Below, one piece after another: positions 1-11,530 of a DNA stretch of 64,000 nucleotides (the first letter of the stretch is position 1; the number at the start of each line of letters is the position of its first letter). The notes below the pieces were generated by a model, which saw only the letters and a list, made by a program, of their open reading frames with translations, had not been told where the DNA came from and did no database searches. The DNA comes from an uncultured Alphaproteobacteria bacterium. GTDB lineage: Bacteria > Pseudomonadota > Alphaproteobacteria > HIMB59 > GCA-002718135. Location: positions 9,243-73,242 of the forward strand of contig CACKSN010000003.1 of NCBI GenBank assembly GCA_902602845.1, read 5' to 3'. The position numbers and the translations under genes are program-made.

Positions 1-914
1 CAATAAATTTATTAAACTTTTTTATTGTTTTAATTTTTATAATCTTAATTTTATCATTCTTTTTTTTAAGAGGATTAATTGATCCTTTAAATCAATTGAC
101 AAAAATAACTATTCTTGAAAGAAGCAAAATTAAAATATCTAAAAATCTAAATTATCCAATTAGATCAGATGAAATTGGTATTTTGTCAGAACAAATTCAA
201 ATTATGTCAAAAGAATTAAAGACACAGATGCAGCAATTAGAAAAATTTACAACTGATATTGCACATGAATTAAAAAATCCACTGACAGCTATAAAATCAT
301 CAAGTGAGTTATTGTTGAAGAACACCATAAGTGAAGAAAATAAAATTAAATTAATTAAAAATTTTAACAAAGAAGTTAATAGAATGAATAGGTTGATCTC
401 GGATATTTCAAATTTCTCTAGAGTAATGTCAGAAATTGAAAATGAAAAATTTAAAATAATTGATGTAAACAAATTTTTTTTAGATTTTAAAAAAAATTAC
501 TTAGGAAATCCAAAAAATATAAAAATTAAATTAAATTTGCAAAAAAATATTTTACAAACTTTGGTTAATGAAGATAAATTCTTACAAGTTATACTTAATT
601 TGATCCAAAATAGTGTTTCTGTTTCTGAAAATAATACATCAATTTTAATTAAATCTTATAAACTTGATAAATATCATCTTGTTGTAAAAATTTATGATCA
701 AGGTGGTGGTATAAATTTTGAAGATAAGGAAAAAATTTTTAATCGTTTTTACACTGATAGAGAAGAATTTCGAGATATCCACTCTGGCTTGGGATTGTCA
801 ATTTCAAAAGAAATAATCAAATCATTTAATGGTTCAATAGAATTAACAAAAAGTGACAATTTGGAGTTTGGCGGTGCTTGTTTTATGATTAAATTACCTT
901 TAAGAACATATTAG
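1..914 (+). CDS. Sensor histidine kinase, C-terminal part (5' end upstream of window)
   Basis: Frame of ORF 96..914 stays open back to nt 3 (INLLNFFIVLIFIILILSFFFL = TM helix, then HAMP-like linker), so the TTG at 96 is probably not the start. H-box HELKNPLTAI, N-box LIQNSVSVS, G1 DQGGGI, F-box FNRFY, G2 GLGLSISKEI. Confidence 0.85.
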   Translation, partial: INLLNFFIVLIFIILILSFFFLRGLIDPLNQLTKITILERSKIKISKNLNYPIRSDEIGILSEQIQIMSKELKTQMQQLEKFTTDIAHELKNPLTAIKSSSELLLKNTISEENKIKLIKNFNKEVNRMNRLISDISNFSRVMSEIENEKFKIIDVNKFFLDFKKNYLGNPKNIKIKLNLQKNILQTLVNEDKFLQVILNLIQNSVSVSENNTSILIKSYKLDKYHLVVKIYDQGGGINFEDKEKIFNRFYTDREEFRDIHSGLGLSISKEIIKSFNGSIELTKSDNLEFGGACFMIKLPLRTY

Positions 915-918
915 ATAA

Positions 919-2229
<1,311 letters not shown>

Positions 2230-2237
2230 GAGTTAAA

Positions 2238-3407
2238 ATGAAAAGATCATATTTGTTTACAAGTGAATCAGTTTCTGAAGGCCATCCAGATAAAGTTTGT
2301 GATAGAATTTCAGACATGGTTGTCGATACATATTTAGCATCCGGTGACCCACAAACTCGCGTAGCCTGTGAGACTTTGACTACAACTAATAAGGTTGTTC
2401 TAGCTGGAGAAGTAAGGGGCCCATCAGTTTCTAAAGATCAGATAATATCTCAAGTTAGAGATTGTATTAAAGATATTGGTTATGAACAAGATGGTTTTCA
2501 TTGGCAAAATTGTGATGTTGAAAGCTTTCTGCATGAGCAGTCTGCTGATATTGCTATGGGTGTTGACTCCGGTAGCAATAAAGATGAGGGCGCAGGTGAT
2601 CAAGGTATAATGTTTGGTTTTGCTTGCAAAGACACTGAATCATTAATGCCAGCACCGATACATTATTCTCATCAAATTTTATATAAAATGGCACAAGCCC
2701 GTAAAGATGGATCTGCACCTGGTCTAGAACCTGACTCTAAAAGCCAAGTTACAATGCTTTATGAAAATGGAAAACCAAGCAAAGTTACATCTTTAGTAAT
2801 TTCTTCACAACACAAGGAAGGTTTGTCTCCTGAAGACGTAAAAGAAATTGTCAAACCTTATGTATATGAGTGTATACCTAATGACTTGTTAGAGGGTCTT
2901 AAAGATGAAGAATTCTATGTTAATCCTACAGGAAATTTTGTAATTGGAGGTCCTGATGGTGACTCTGGTCTAACAGGTAGAAAAATTATTGTTGATACAT
3001 ATGGCGGTGCAGCGCCACATGGTGGCGGTGCGTTTTCTGGTAAGGATCCATCTAAAGTTGATAGATCTGCAGCATATGCAGCTAGGTACTTAGCAAAAAA
3101 TGTCGTCGCAGCTGATCTTGCTGATGAATGTACAATACAATTATCTTATGCAATAGGAGTTTCAAAACCTTTATCAGTATATATAAATACGAATGGCACA
3201 AATAAAGTTGATGAACAAAAGATTGAAAGATCAGTGCAAGATTTATTTGATTTAAGCCCAAGAGGAATAAGAGAACATTTGAAACTAACAAACGCAATTT
3301 ATGTTCCGACCTCTGCTTATGGGCATTTTGGTAGAGAGCCAAGTGACAAAGGACATTTTACTTGGGAAAAAACTGATTTAGTTGAAGCTCTAAAAGGTAT
3401 TTCATAA
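2238..3407 (+). CDS. metK: S-adenosylmethionine synthetase
   Basis: 389 aa; [45 protein letters not shown]; SD aggag at 2228..2232. Confidence 0.97.
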   Translation: MKRSYLFTSESVSEGHPDKVCDRISDMVVDTYLASGDPQTRVACETLTTTNKVVLAGEVRGPSVSKDQIISQVRDCIKDIGYEQDGFHWQNCDVESFLHEQSADIAMGVDSGSNKDEGAGDQGIMFGFACKDTESLMPAPIHYSHQILYKMAQARKDGSAPGLEPDSKSQVTMLYENGKPSKVTSLVISSQHKEGLSPEDVKEIVKPYVYECIPNDLLEGLKDEEFYVNPTGNFVIGGPDGDSGLTGRKIIVDTYGGAAPHGGGAFSGKDPSKVDRSAAYAARYLAKNVVAADLADECTIQLSYAIGVSKPLSVYINTNGTNKVDEQKIERSVQDLFDLSPRGIREHLKLTNAIYVPTSAYGHFGREPSDKGHFTWEKTDLVEALKGIS

Positions 3408-3413
3408 CAGAAT

Positions 3414-3860
3414 TTGCACAAATTAAGCAATCAAATTTTAGATCTTCGTGAACTCGAAAAATTAGCTACTAATTTATGCAAAGATGTATCTGTTGGAGAT
3501 ATTTACTTATTTCAAGGGGAACTAGGTGTTGGTAAAACAACATTTGTAAGATTATTTATAAATAATCTTTATGTATTAAATAATTTACCTAAACCACATT
3601 CAGTTACTAGCCCGACATTTCCTATTTTGATAACCTACGAATTAAATTCAATACAAATCTACCATTATGATCTTTATAGAGTTAAAAATTTAAAGCAATT
3701 AGAGGAATTAGATTTCTTCGAAAATCTAAATAATAATATTACATTTATAGAATGGCCTGAAATGTTAATTAGTTTACCACTAAACAAAAAACATTACTTA
3801 ATAGACTTAGATATGATTTCTGAAACTAAAAGAAAAATTAATATTAGTTTTAATCAATAG
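3414..3860 (+). CDS. tsaE: tRNA t6A37 threonylcarbamoyl-transfer ATPase TsaE (YjeE family)
   Basis: 148 aa, P-loop GELGVGKTTFVR, SPTF, HYDLYR motifs typical of TsaE. No in-frame ATG near the N-terminus, so a TTG start is forced. Confidence 0.8.
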   Translation: MHKLSNQILDLRELEKLATNLCKDVSVGDIYLFQGELGVGKTTFVRLFINNLYVLNNLPKPHSVTSPTFPILITYELNSIQIYHYDLYRVKNLKQLEELDFFENLNNNITFIEWPEMLISLPLNKKHYLIDLDMISETKRKINISFNQ

Positions 3861-3864
3861 TTTA

Positions 3865-4782
3865 ATGAATTCTGATAATACTTATTTAGAAAAGATTGAG
3901 AACGGATTATCTAATAAATTAATTTATAGAAAAACAGAAAAAAAGAATAACAAAATAATAATTGATTTTTCTAAAGATAAACAAGAGTTTAAAAATTTTC
4001 TTACAGTCTATGAAATATTACTAAAGATCAATATATCGATTCCTAGGATATATGAAGTTAATCAACTACAATATAAAATATATATGCAAGATTTTGGGAA
4101 TGATAGATTTAACAAAATATATAATAAAGATAATCTTTACAAACTTTTAAAAATAGCTGTAGATAATTTAATTGTTATTCAAAATGAAACAAATATAAAA
4201 AATATAAAAAATTTAAAAGAATATAGTTTTGAAGATTTAAAAATTGAACTCGAAGAATTTGTTTCTTATTATATTCCAAGAAAAAAAATATCAAACTTTC
4301 CAACTTCAAAATTTTATAAATTATGGGAAAGTATATTTTATTCACAAAATTATGATATGAAAAATTTTGCTCACAAAGACTTTGAATTTGTTAATTTATT
4401 TTTTTTAAAGAATTATGAATCATATTTAAAATGTGGAATTATTGATTTTCAAAGTGCTTTTATGGGATTTATAGGATGGGACTTATTATCATTATTAGAA
4501 AATCCAAGAATAAACTTTACAAGAGATTACAATGATAAATTAATTAAATATTTCTATGACAACATGTCAATTATTAAAAATTTTGATACCTTTAAGGAAC
4601 AATATTATGTTTTAAGTTTAGCAAGACAGACACGTTTACTCGGTAGATGGAAAAAATTAATTACTACAAATAATGATAATCAATACAAAGATTATTTAAA
4701 AATAACTAAAATTAGAACAATCGAAATATTGAATAATATTAAAAATGATGAATTAAGATCAATTTATGAAAAGTATTTATAA
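3865..4782 (+). CDS. APH-fold sugar kinase, AmgK-like (anomeric MurNAc/GlcNAc kinase candidate)
   Basis: 305 aa; Brenner motif HKDFEFVNL and IIDFQSAFMG...WDLLSLLE as in AmgK-type phosphotransferases; conserved position between tsaE and a MurU-like gene. Confidence 0.6.
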   Translation: MNSDNTYLEKIENGLSNKLIYRKTEKKNNKIIIDFSKDKQEFKNFLTVYEILLKINISIPRIYEVNQLQYKIYMQDFGNDRFNKIYNKDNLYKLLKIAVDNLIVIQNETNIKNIKNLKEYSFEDLKIELEEFVSYYIPRKKISNFPTSKFYKLWESIFYSQNYDMKNFAHKDFEFVNLFFLKNYESYLKCGIIDFQSAFMGFIGWDLLSLLENPRINFTRDYNDKLIKYFYDNMSIIKNFDTFKEQYYVLSLARQTRLLGRWKKLITTNNDNQYKDYLKITKIRTIEILNNIKNDELRSIYEKYL

Positions 4783-4785
4783 TTT

Positions 4786-5466
4786 ATGCAGAATTTTACC
4801 TTAATGATTTTATGTGCGGGTTTCGGATCAAGAATGTTAAATTTGACACGCAATAAACCTAAACCTTTATTAAAATATAAAAATAAAATATTATTAAAGA
4901 ATACAATTGATTTTTTTACAAATATTGGATGCGATGAAATTTTAGTAAATACACATTATTTGCACAATAAAATAAAAAAATATTTAGATAAAAATTTAAA
5001 AAATTATCCAATTAAGATAATTTATGAAAAAACAATACTTGGTACGGGTGGAGGAGTAAAAAATATTTTTACTCATACAAAAAGAAAAAAAATATGTATT
5101 GTGAATTCTGATATTTTTTGGACAAAGGAAAATAAACCACATATCGAACAATTTCTTACAAATTATAAAAAAGTTACTCACTGTAAAATGTTGTTGTCTA
5201 AAGACATTGATTTCTTAGGTTTAAAAAAAGCAAAAGGAGACTTTAATTTAAAAAAAAATGTAGTTACAAATTGGAAAAGTGAAAATGAAAAATTATATTA
5301 TTCTGGTCTCCAAATTGTATCTAAAAACATCTTTAATAATAGAAAGGAAATATTTCCTATGAATGAAATTTGGACAAAACTAATTAAAAAAAAACGGATC
5401 ACAGGTTATATAATTCCTTCTAAAATTAGACATATTGGGGATAAAAAATCTTTTTTTGAAAATTAG
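4786..5466 (+). CDS. Sugar-1-phosphate nucleotidyltransferase, MurU-like
   Basis: 226 aa; N-terminal LCAGFGSRM..KPKPLL nucleotidyltransferase signature, GTGGG; 3 nt after the AmgK-like gene. Confidence 0.6.
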   Translation: MQNFTLMILCAGFGSRMLNLTRNKPKPLLKYKNKILLKNTIDFFTNIGCDEILVNTHYLHNKIKKYLDKNLKNYPIKIIYEKTILGTGGGVKNIFTHTKRKKICIVNSDIFWTKENKPHIEQFLTNYKKVTHCKMLLSKDIDFLGLKKAKGDFNLKKNVVTNWKSENEKLYYSGLQIVSKNIFNNRKEIFPMNEIWTKLIKKKRITGYIIPSKIRHIGDKKSFFEN

Positions 5467-5512
5467 ATTTAATTTAGCTTGATAATAGATAAATATTTCT
5501 TACATATTTAAT

Positions 5513-5833
5513 ATGACTACTTTCGTAACTAATGATCAAACTTTCGATAAAGATATCTCTACTAATGATGTGCCTGTTGTAGTTGATTTTGGTGCAGAAT
5601 GGTGTGGTCCATGTAAAGTACTCGACCCAATTCTAGAAGAAATTGCTGCTGAGAACAAAGATAAAGTTAAAATTTATAAAATGAATATTGATGAGAACCC
5701 TATGACGCCACAAAAATATGGTATTAGAGGCATACCAACTATAATGATTTTTAATAAAGGTGAATTAGTTGATACTAAGGTTGGAAGTCTTCCTAAAACA
5801 GCATTAGAGAACTGGATACAATCCAATTTATAA
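5513..5833 (+). CDS. trxA: Thioredoxin
   Basis: 106 aa, active site WCGPCK, GIRGIPT; canonical thioredoxin length. Confidence 0.95.
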   Translation: MTTFVTNDQTFDKDISTNDVPVVVDFGAEWCGPCKVLDPILEEIAAENKDKVKIYKMNIDENPMTPQKYGIRGIPTIMIFNKGELVDTKVGSLPKTALENWIQSNL

Positions 5834-7087
5834 TAATTTTTTTCTAATTTTTCCTACCAAATACAAGGAACCAGTGATTAAATATATTTCTTGCTGATTA
5901 GATCTAAAATATTTTAAAGCATCATTTATATTATTTAATTGCGCACATTTAATAGAATGTAGATTACAAATTTCATTTATTTGTTCGGCTTTAAATGAAT
6001 TCTTTTCATTAGGAATTGTTATAGCTAAAACTTTTGATACTCTTTTTTTTATTTTATCTAAAAATAAACTTGCTTTCTTATTATTTAACATTCCAAATAA
6101 AACTATAGGTTTTATATTTTTAGTTTTTAAAAATTCATTTAGTTTTTCAGCACCATCAATATTATGTGACCCATCGAGAATTATCTTTTTATTTTTATAA
6201 TTGATCATTTCTAACCTTCCAGGCCAAACTGTTTTTTTTATAGCTGCATTGATTTTATTAGTATTTAAATTATACCCCATATTTTTCATTATTTTTGCAA
6301 AATATATAGATATTGATGCGTTTTCTTCCTGATGTTTTCCATTTAACGAAGGTCGAGTATAGAAATATTTTTTCCTATCTATTTTTATTTCAAACTTATT
6401 TTTAAAAGATTTTGTGACTTGAAATTCTTTCCCATAAAAATATTTATTTTCAAACTTATTTAATTTTTTTTGAATGTGATCTTTTATTTCTTTGTTTTGT
6501 TTACCAACTATAACAAAATCACAATTCTTTACTATTCCCAATTTTTCATTAGCAATTTTCTTAATAGTTTTTCCTAGAAATTCCTCATGATCAAAACTAA
6601 TTGGTGTCAAAATACTACAAATTTTTTTTGGTACTATGTTAGTTGCATCTAATCTGCCTCCTAATCCTGTCTCTAAAATAAGAAAGTCTGATTTTGATTT
6701 CTTAAATAATATGAAAGCTGCAGCTGTTGTTATTTCAAAGAAAGTTATTGATTTATTTTTATTTACATTCTTTACAAATTTTAGAGTTTCGTAAAGTTTC
6801 TTTGTGCTTACTTCTTTATTATTTAGAATTATCCTTTCATTAAACCTTGATAAATGAGGTGAGATATATGCATCACATTTATACCCATTGTTCATCAAAA
6901 TATTTTTTATAAAACTTTGTACAGAGCCTTTTCCATTTGTTCCTGCAATATGAATAGTTTTTGGCAGATGATCTTGCGGATTACCTAATTTTTTTAATAA
7001 TAATTTTAGTCTGCCTAAAGAAAGATCAATATATTTGGGATGAAGTTTGACAAGTTCATCTAATAACTGATCTGTTTTAGATTTCAC
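5828..7087 (-). CDS. folC: Bifunctional folylpolyglutamate synthase / dihydrofolate synthase
   Basis: 419 aa, Mur-ligase P-loop HIAGTNGKGS, ILETGLGGRLDATN; accD-folC synteny. Confidence 0.85.
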   Translation of the reverse strand: MKSKTDQLLDELVKLHPKYIDLSLGRLKLLLKKLGNPQDHLPKTIHIAGTNGKGSVQSFIKNILMNNGYKCDAYISPHLSRFNERIILNNKEVSTKKLYETLKFVKNVNKNKSITFFEITTAAAFILFKKSKSDFLILETGLGGRLDATNIVPKKICSILTPISFDHEEFLGKTIKKIANEKLGIVKNCDFVIVGKQNKEIKDHIQKKLNKFENKYFYGKEFQVTKSFKNKFEIKIDRKKYFYTRPSLNGKHQEENASISIYFAKIMKNMGYNLNTNKINAAIKKTVWPGRLEMINYKNKKIILDGSHNIDGAEKLNEFLKTKNIKPIVLFGMLNNKKASLFLDKIKKRVSKVLAITIPNEKNSFKAEQINEICNLHSIKCAQLNNINDALKYFRSNQQEIYLITGSLYLVGKIRKKLL

Positions 7088-7090
7088 TTA

Positions 7091-7933
7091 TTAACTTATA
7101 TGATTTAATACTTTATATAATGTTTCTTTGAGGTCTTTCCTGTGAGAAACAATATCTACCATTCCGTGATCTTTAAGATATTCAGCTTTTTGAAAATCTA
7201 TAGGTAATTCTTCTCTAATAGTGTCTTGTATAACTCTTTTACCTGCAAAACCGATCGTAGCTCCTTGTTCTGCTATTGTTATATCACCTAACATAGCAAA
7301 TGAAGCAGTTACCCCTCCAGTTGTAGGTTCAGTTAGAACTACTATGTAAGGTATATTATTTTCATTTAACAAATTAACAGCAGCAATGGTCCTAGGCATT
7401 TGCATTAAGCTTACAATTCCTTCTTGCATTCTTGCTCCACCAGATGAAGTAACAATTACATAAGGCAATTTCTCTTCAATAGCAATTTTAGCTCCTTTAA
7501 CTATTGCTCCCCCAACTGCTCTACCCATAGAACCACCCATAAATTCAAAATTCATAATTCCAGAAATAATTTCTTTATCTTTAATTTTTCCTTTAATGAG
7601 TATGAATGCGTCATCTCTATTTGTTTTTTTTCTGTATTCTTTTAATCTATCCTTATATTTTTTTTTATCAGTGAATTTTAATGGATCATCAGAAATTTTA
7701 TCTGGGCTAATTTCAATATAATTTTCATCTTCAAAAAATAATTTAATCCTATTTTCTGCAGACATCCTAAAATGATAATTACAATTGACACAAACATATA
7801 AATTTTCTTTTAAATCTTTATGGTGAATCATATTTCCACATGACACACAATTATTCCATAATTTTTCAGGAACATTTCTTCTTTTTACAAGTGAAGATAG
7901 TTTTGGTTTTACAAAACTTGTTAACCAATTCAT
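7091..7933 (-). CDS. accD: Acetyl-CoA carboxylase carboxyltransferase beta subunit
   Basis: 280 aa, N-terminal zinc ribbon CVSCGN..CVNCNYH, GGSMG, SGGARMQEG. Confidence 0.92.
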   Translation of the reverse strand: MNWLTSFVKPKLSSLVKRRNVPEKLWNNCVSCGNMIHHKDLKENLYVCVNCNYHFRMSAENRIKLFFEDENYIEISPDKISDDPLKFTDKKKYKDRLKEYRKKTNRDDAFILIKGKIKDKEIISGIMNFEFMGGSMGRAVGGAIVKGAKIAIEEKLPYVIVTSSGGARMQEGIVSLMQMPRTIAAVNLLNENNIPYIVVLTEPTTGGVTASFAMLGDITIAEQGATIGFAGKRVIQDTIREELPIDFQKAEYLKDHGMVDIVSHRKDLKETLYKVLNHIS

Positions 7934-8724
7934 ATTAAAGTACCATTTTTCAAATCTTTTGAGAAATTATCAATTTCTGACAACATTTTTTCTTTATTAT
8001 TTAAATTTTCTTCAATAATTTTAATAATACTTGATCCAACAACTGCACCGTCAGCGATTTTACATATTTTATTTACATCTGTTGAGTTTTTTATTCCAAA
8101 TCCAGGAACAACAGGTAAATTTGTAAACTTTTTTATAAACGCGACCGATTTTTCAAGGTCATGTAAATTTGCGGACTGTTGACCAGTAATACCCATAATA
8201 CTAACGTAATACAAAAAACCACTTGCATTTTTTAGTATTAGCTTTAGTCTTTCCTCATTTGTTGTAGGTGTAATCAATCTAATTAAATCGATATGGTTAT
8301 CAGTTAACTCATTTATTAAATCCTCATCTTCTTCAGGTTGAAGATCAACAATTATTAAACCATCTACACCATTTTCTTTACATTTTTTTACAAACTGGCT
8401 AATTCCAAAATATAAGATCAAGTTATAGTAACCCATAAGAATAATAGGTAAATCACTTTTTATTTTCTTTACTTCTGAGGTTAAATTGAAAATACTATCT
8501 AAATCAATTCCCTTGCTTATAGCTCTATTGCTTGAAAGTTGTATTGTCGGGCCATCAGCCATTGGATCAGAGAATGGCATTCCAATTTCAATTATATCAG
8601 CTCCATTATTAATAATAGTTTTTATAATTTCTAAACTCGTATCCAAATCTGGATCTCCTCCTGTAACGAAAGTTATCAATTTTTTTTCCTTATTTTTGAA
8701 TACTTGACTAATTAAATTAGTCAT
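7930..8724 (-). CDS. trpA: Tryptophan synthase alpha chain
   Basis: 264 aa, EIGMPFSDPMADGPTIQ, GFGI; follows trpB with no spacer. Confidence 0.9.
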   Translation of the reverse strand: MTNLISQVFKNKEKKLITFVTGGDPDLDTSLEIIKTIINNGADIIEIGMPFSDPMADGPTIQLSSNRAISKGIDLDSIFNLTSEVKKIKSDLPIILMGYYNLILYFGISQFVKKCKENGVDGLIIVDLQPEEDEDLINELTDNHIDLIRLITPTTNEERLKLILKNASGFLYYVSIMGITGQQSANLHDLEKSVAFIKKFTNLPVVPGFGIKNSTDVNKICKIADGAVVGSSIIKIIEENLNNKEKMLSEIDNFSKDLKNGTLI

Positions 8725-9933
8725 TTAAATTTTTATTTTTAATTCATCAGCTATTGTAAAAATATCTTTATCTCCTCTTCCACACATATTCATTACAATA
8801 ATTTTATCTTTACTATAGTTTTTTGCTATTTTTTTTAGAACAGATAATGCATGAGCTGGTTCTAATGCTGGAATTATACCCTCTAATTTGCAGCAATATT
8901 GAAAAGCTTCCAGAGCCTCTTTGTCTGTTGCTGACATGTATGTCACTCTTTTTTCCTCAAATAAAAATGAATGTTCAGGACCAATACCTGGATAATCTAA
9001 ACCAGCAGAAATAGAATGAGCTTCCTGAATTTGCCCAGTGTTTGATTGTAATAAATATGTTTTATTACCGTGCAATACACCAGGTTTACCGCCTGTTAAA
9101 CTAGCAGCATGCTTATTGGTATCGATACCATGACCAGCTGCTTCCACAGCTATCATTTCAACATCTGCATCATCTAAAAATTCGTGGAATAATCCTAAAG
9201 CATTTGATCCACCTCCAATACAAGCCATCAATAAATCAGGCTTTCTTTCCTCTATTTCCATAAGTTGATCTCTCACTTCTTTGCCAATTACAGATTGAAA
9301 ATCTCTAACCATAGCTGGATAAGGGTGTGGGCCTGCAGCTGTGCCAATAATATAAAATGTATCATCAACATTTGTTACCCAATCTCTTAGAGCTTCGTTC
9401 ATAGCATCTTTAAGAGATTTTGAACCTGTTGATACACTTTTAATCTCTGCTCCAAGCAATTTCATTCTAAAAACATTTGGTGATTGTCTCTCTATATCTT
9501 TTTCACCCATATAAACCACACAAGGTAAACCAAATAAAGCGCATACAGTTGCAGTTGCAACTCCATGTTGACCGGCTCCTGTTTCAGCTATAATCCTTTT
9601 TTTACCCATTTTTCGTGCTAATAAAATTTGGCCCATACAATTATTTATCTTATGTGCACCTGTGTGATTTAGTTCATCTCTTTTAAAATAAATTTTAGGA
9701 CCATTCAGGTCTTCGGTTATTCTTTTGGCAAAAAACAATGGACTAGGACGACCAACATATGTTTTCAAATAATAATCAAATTCATCAATAAATTTTTTAT
9801 CATGTCTAATCTTTTCATATTCTTTTTCTACTTCGAGAATTAAAGGCATTAATGTTTCTGATACATATCTGCCACCAAATTTACCAAAATAACCTTTCTC
9901 ATTAGGGTAATTTTTATAAGTATTTTTAAGCAT
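8725..9933 (-). CDS. trpB: Tryptophan synthase beta chain
   Basis: 402 aa, PLP-lysine motif [25 protein letters not shown]. Confidence 0.97.
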   Translation of the reverse strand: MLKNTYKNYPNEKGYFGKFGGRYVSETLMPLILEVEKEYEKIRHDKKFIDEFDYYLKTYVGRPSPLFFAKRITEDLNGPKIYFKRDELNHTGAHKINNCMGQILLARKMGKKRIIAETGAGQHGVATATVCALFGLPCVVYMGEKDIERQSPNVFRMKLLGAEIKSVSTGSKSLKDAMNEALRDWVTNVDDTFYIIGTAAGPHPYPAMVRDFQSVIGKEVRDQLMEIEERKPDLLMACIGGGSNALGLFHEFLDDADVEMIAVEAAGHGIDTNKHAASLTGGKPGVLHGNKTYLLQSNTGQIQEAHSISAGLDYPGIGPEHSFLFEEKRVTYMSATDKEALEAFQYCCKLEGIIPALEPAHALSVLKKIAKNYSKDKIIVMNMCGRGDKDIFTIADELKIKI

Positions 9934-10555
9934 AATTTAATTTGTCTATTAAATTATTTATAATGTGATTATCTTTAATGCCAAGCTCTTTTTCAGCTCC
10001 AGATGATAAATCTACTCCAAAAGGTTGAATTTTTGATGAGATATAATCAATATTTTTTATATTTATACCACCTGAAAGAAACCAAGGTTTATTAATTTTT
10101 AAATTTTTAATTATATTCCAATCAAAACTTTTTGAATTACCTCCAGGTAATTCATTTAATGCAGGCTTATAATCAAATAGTAAATAGTCAGCATTATCGA
10201 ATTTTTTAATTTGCTTTAAGTCATCCTCATATTTTATTGAAATTTTTTTAATAACTTTAATTTTATTTTGTTTTAAAATATTAATATAATCATTTTGTTC
10301 TTCACCATGAAGTTGTACTGTTTTTAAAGCTAGGTCTTCTATAATTCTGTTTAAGGAATTAATATTTTCATCTACAAACACACCAACCCCTTCTATGTTC
10401 ATATTTTTTGATAACTCTAATAGGTACTGTGCTTTTTCTTTTGAGATATTTCTTGGGCTATTTTTATAAAAAATCATTCCAAAAAAATCTACGTTATTTT
10501 TTTCACAACATAATAATGTTGACTCATTTTTAATTCCACAAATTTTAATAATCAT
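9926..10555 (-). CDS. trpF: N-(5'-phosphoribosyl)anthranilate isomerase
   Basis: 209 aa, KICGI start, LHG, LSGGI; trpF-trpB-trpA order. Confidence 0.85.
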   Translation of the reverse strand: MIIKICGIKNESTLLCCEKNNVDFFGMIFYKNSPRNISKEKAQYLLELSKNMNIEGVGVFVDENINSLNRIIEDLALKTVQLHGEEQNDYINILKQNKIKVIKKISIKYEDDLKQIKKFDNADYLLFDYKPALNELPGGNSKSFDWNIIKNLKINKPWFLSGGINIKNIDYISSKIQPFGVDLSSGAEKELGIKDNHIINNLIDKLNYA

Positions 10556-11245
10556 CTATGTTATTGATTTGTTAATATCTTTTATAATCTTTAATGGATC
10601 ATTATCTTGTGTTATTGGCCTACCTATCACTAAAAGATTTGCACCTAAGTTTACCGCTTCAGCAGGAGTTAAAACTCTTTTTTGATCATTGTAAGATTTA
10701 TTTTGTTTTAATCTTATTCCAGGTGTTATTATTGTAAAGTTTTTACCTGTTTCCTTTCTTACGTATTTTATTTCTTTTGGACTACAAACAATACCATCTA
10801 ATTTATATTTCTTTGCATTTTTCACAAATTTTTTTACTAAAGTTTCTATATTTTTTTCATTATAATATTTTTTTGTCTGATAAGTGTCTAAACTTGTTAA
10901 TATTGATACGCCTATAATTTTTGTATTTTTTTTATTAATCAAACTAGCTCTCATCATTTCATCCCCCCCAGAAATATGTATTGTTGTAAATATAGGCTTT
11001 AGTTTACTGATTGCCATAATGCCTTTCTCTACGGTATTAGGTATATCATGCAATTTTAAATCTAGAAAAATTCGAGGACATTCTTTTTTAATTTCTAAAT
11101 AACCCTCTATGCCAAAATTAAAAAAAAATTCATAACCTATTTTAAATGCAAAAACTTCTTTTTTTAAAATTTCTACTAACTTTTTAATTTTTTTTAAATT
11201 ATTTCCATCTAAAGCTACAATAACTTTTTTAGGATAGATCATCAT
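10556..11245 (-). CDS. pyrF: Orotidine 5'-phosphate decarboxylase
   Basis: 229 aa, VALD, FLDLKLHDIPNT, TPGIR, GRPIT. Confidence 0.9.
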   Translation of the reverse strand: MMIYPKKVIVALDGNNLKKIKKLVEILKKEVFAFKIGYEFFFNFGIEGYLEIKKECPRIFLDLKLHDIPNTVEKGIMAISKLKPIFTTIHISGGDEMMRASLINKKNTKIIGVSILTSLDTYQTKKYYNEKNIETLVKKFVKNAKKYKLDGIVCSPKEIKYVRKETGKNFTIITPGIRLKQNKSYNDQKRVLTPAEAVNLGANLLVIGRPITQDNDPLKIIKDINKSIT

Positions 11246-11525
11246 AGTTCGAATTTAATCTTTTATGAAGAGTTTTGCCAATTTTAAAATGTACTTTGTA
11301 AGATTTACTTTTAAATAATCTTTCATTAGTTTTTGGATTCCGTACGTATTTCTCCTTATTTATTTTTCTGGAAAAAGTTCCAAAGCCTCTAATCTCAATA
11401 TTTTTACCTTCTTTAAGTGATAAGGTCATTTTTTTAATAAATAAATCAAAAATATTTTCAATATCAACAAGACTAAAGTTATTATATTTTTGATGTAATT
11501 TTTCTAGTATCTGAGATTTTAGCAT
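11229..11525 (-). CDS. ihfB: Integration host factor beta subunit (HU/IHF family)
   Basis: 98 aa, IEIRGFGTFS...RNPKT arm motif; conserved rpsA-ihfB synteny favours IHF-beta over HU. Confidence 0.8.
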   Translation of the reverse strand: MLKSQILEKLHQKYNNFSLVDIENIFDLFIKKMTLSLKEGKNIEIRGFGTFSRKINKEKYVRNPKTNERLFKSKSYKVHFKIGKTLHKRLNSNYDDLS

Positions 11526-11530
11526 TAGTT

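Noticed and set aside
3405-3416. The metK stop (TAA 3405..3407) and the tsaE TTG start (3414) are in the same frame 6 nt apart, which could suggest a read-through fusion.
   Set aside because: Both proteins are full length on their own. TAA is a strong stop and no recoding signal is visible, so this is most simply compaction.
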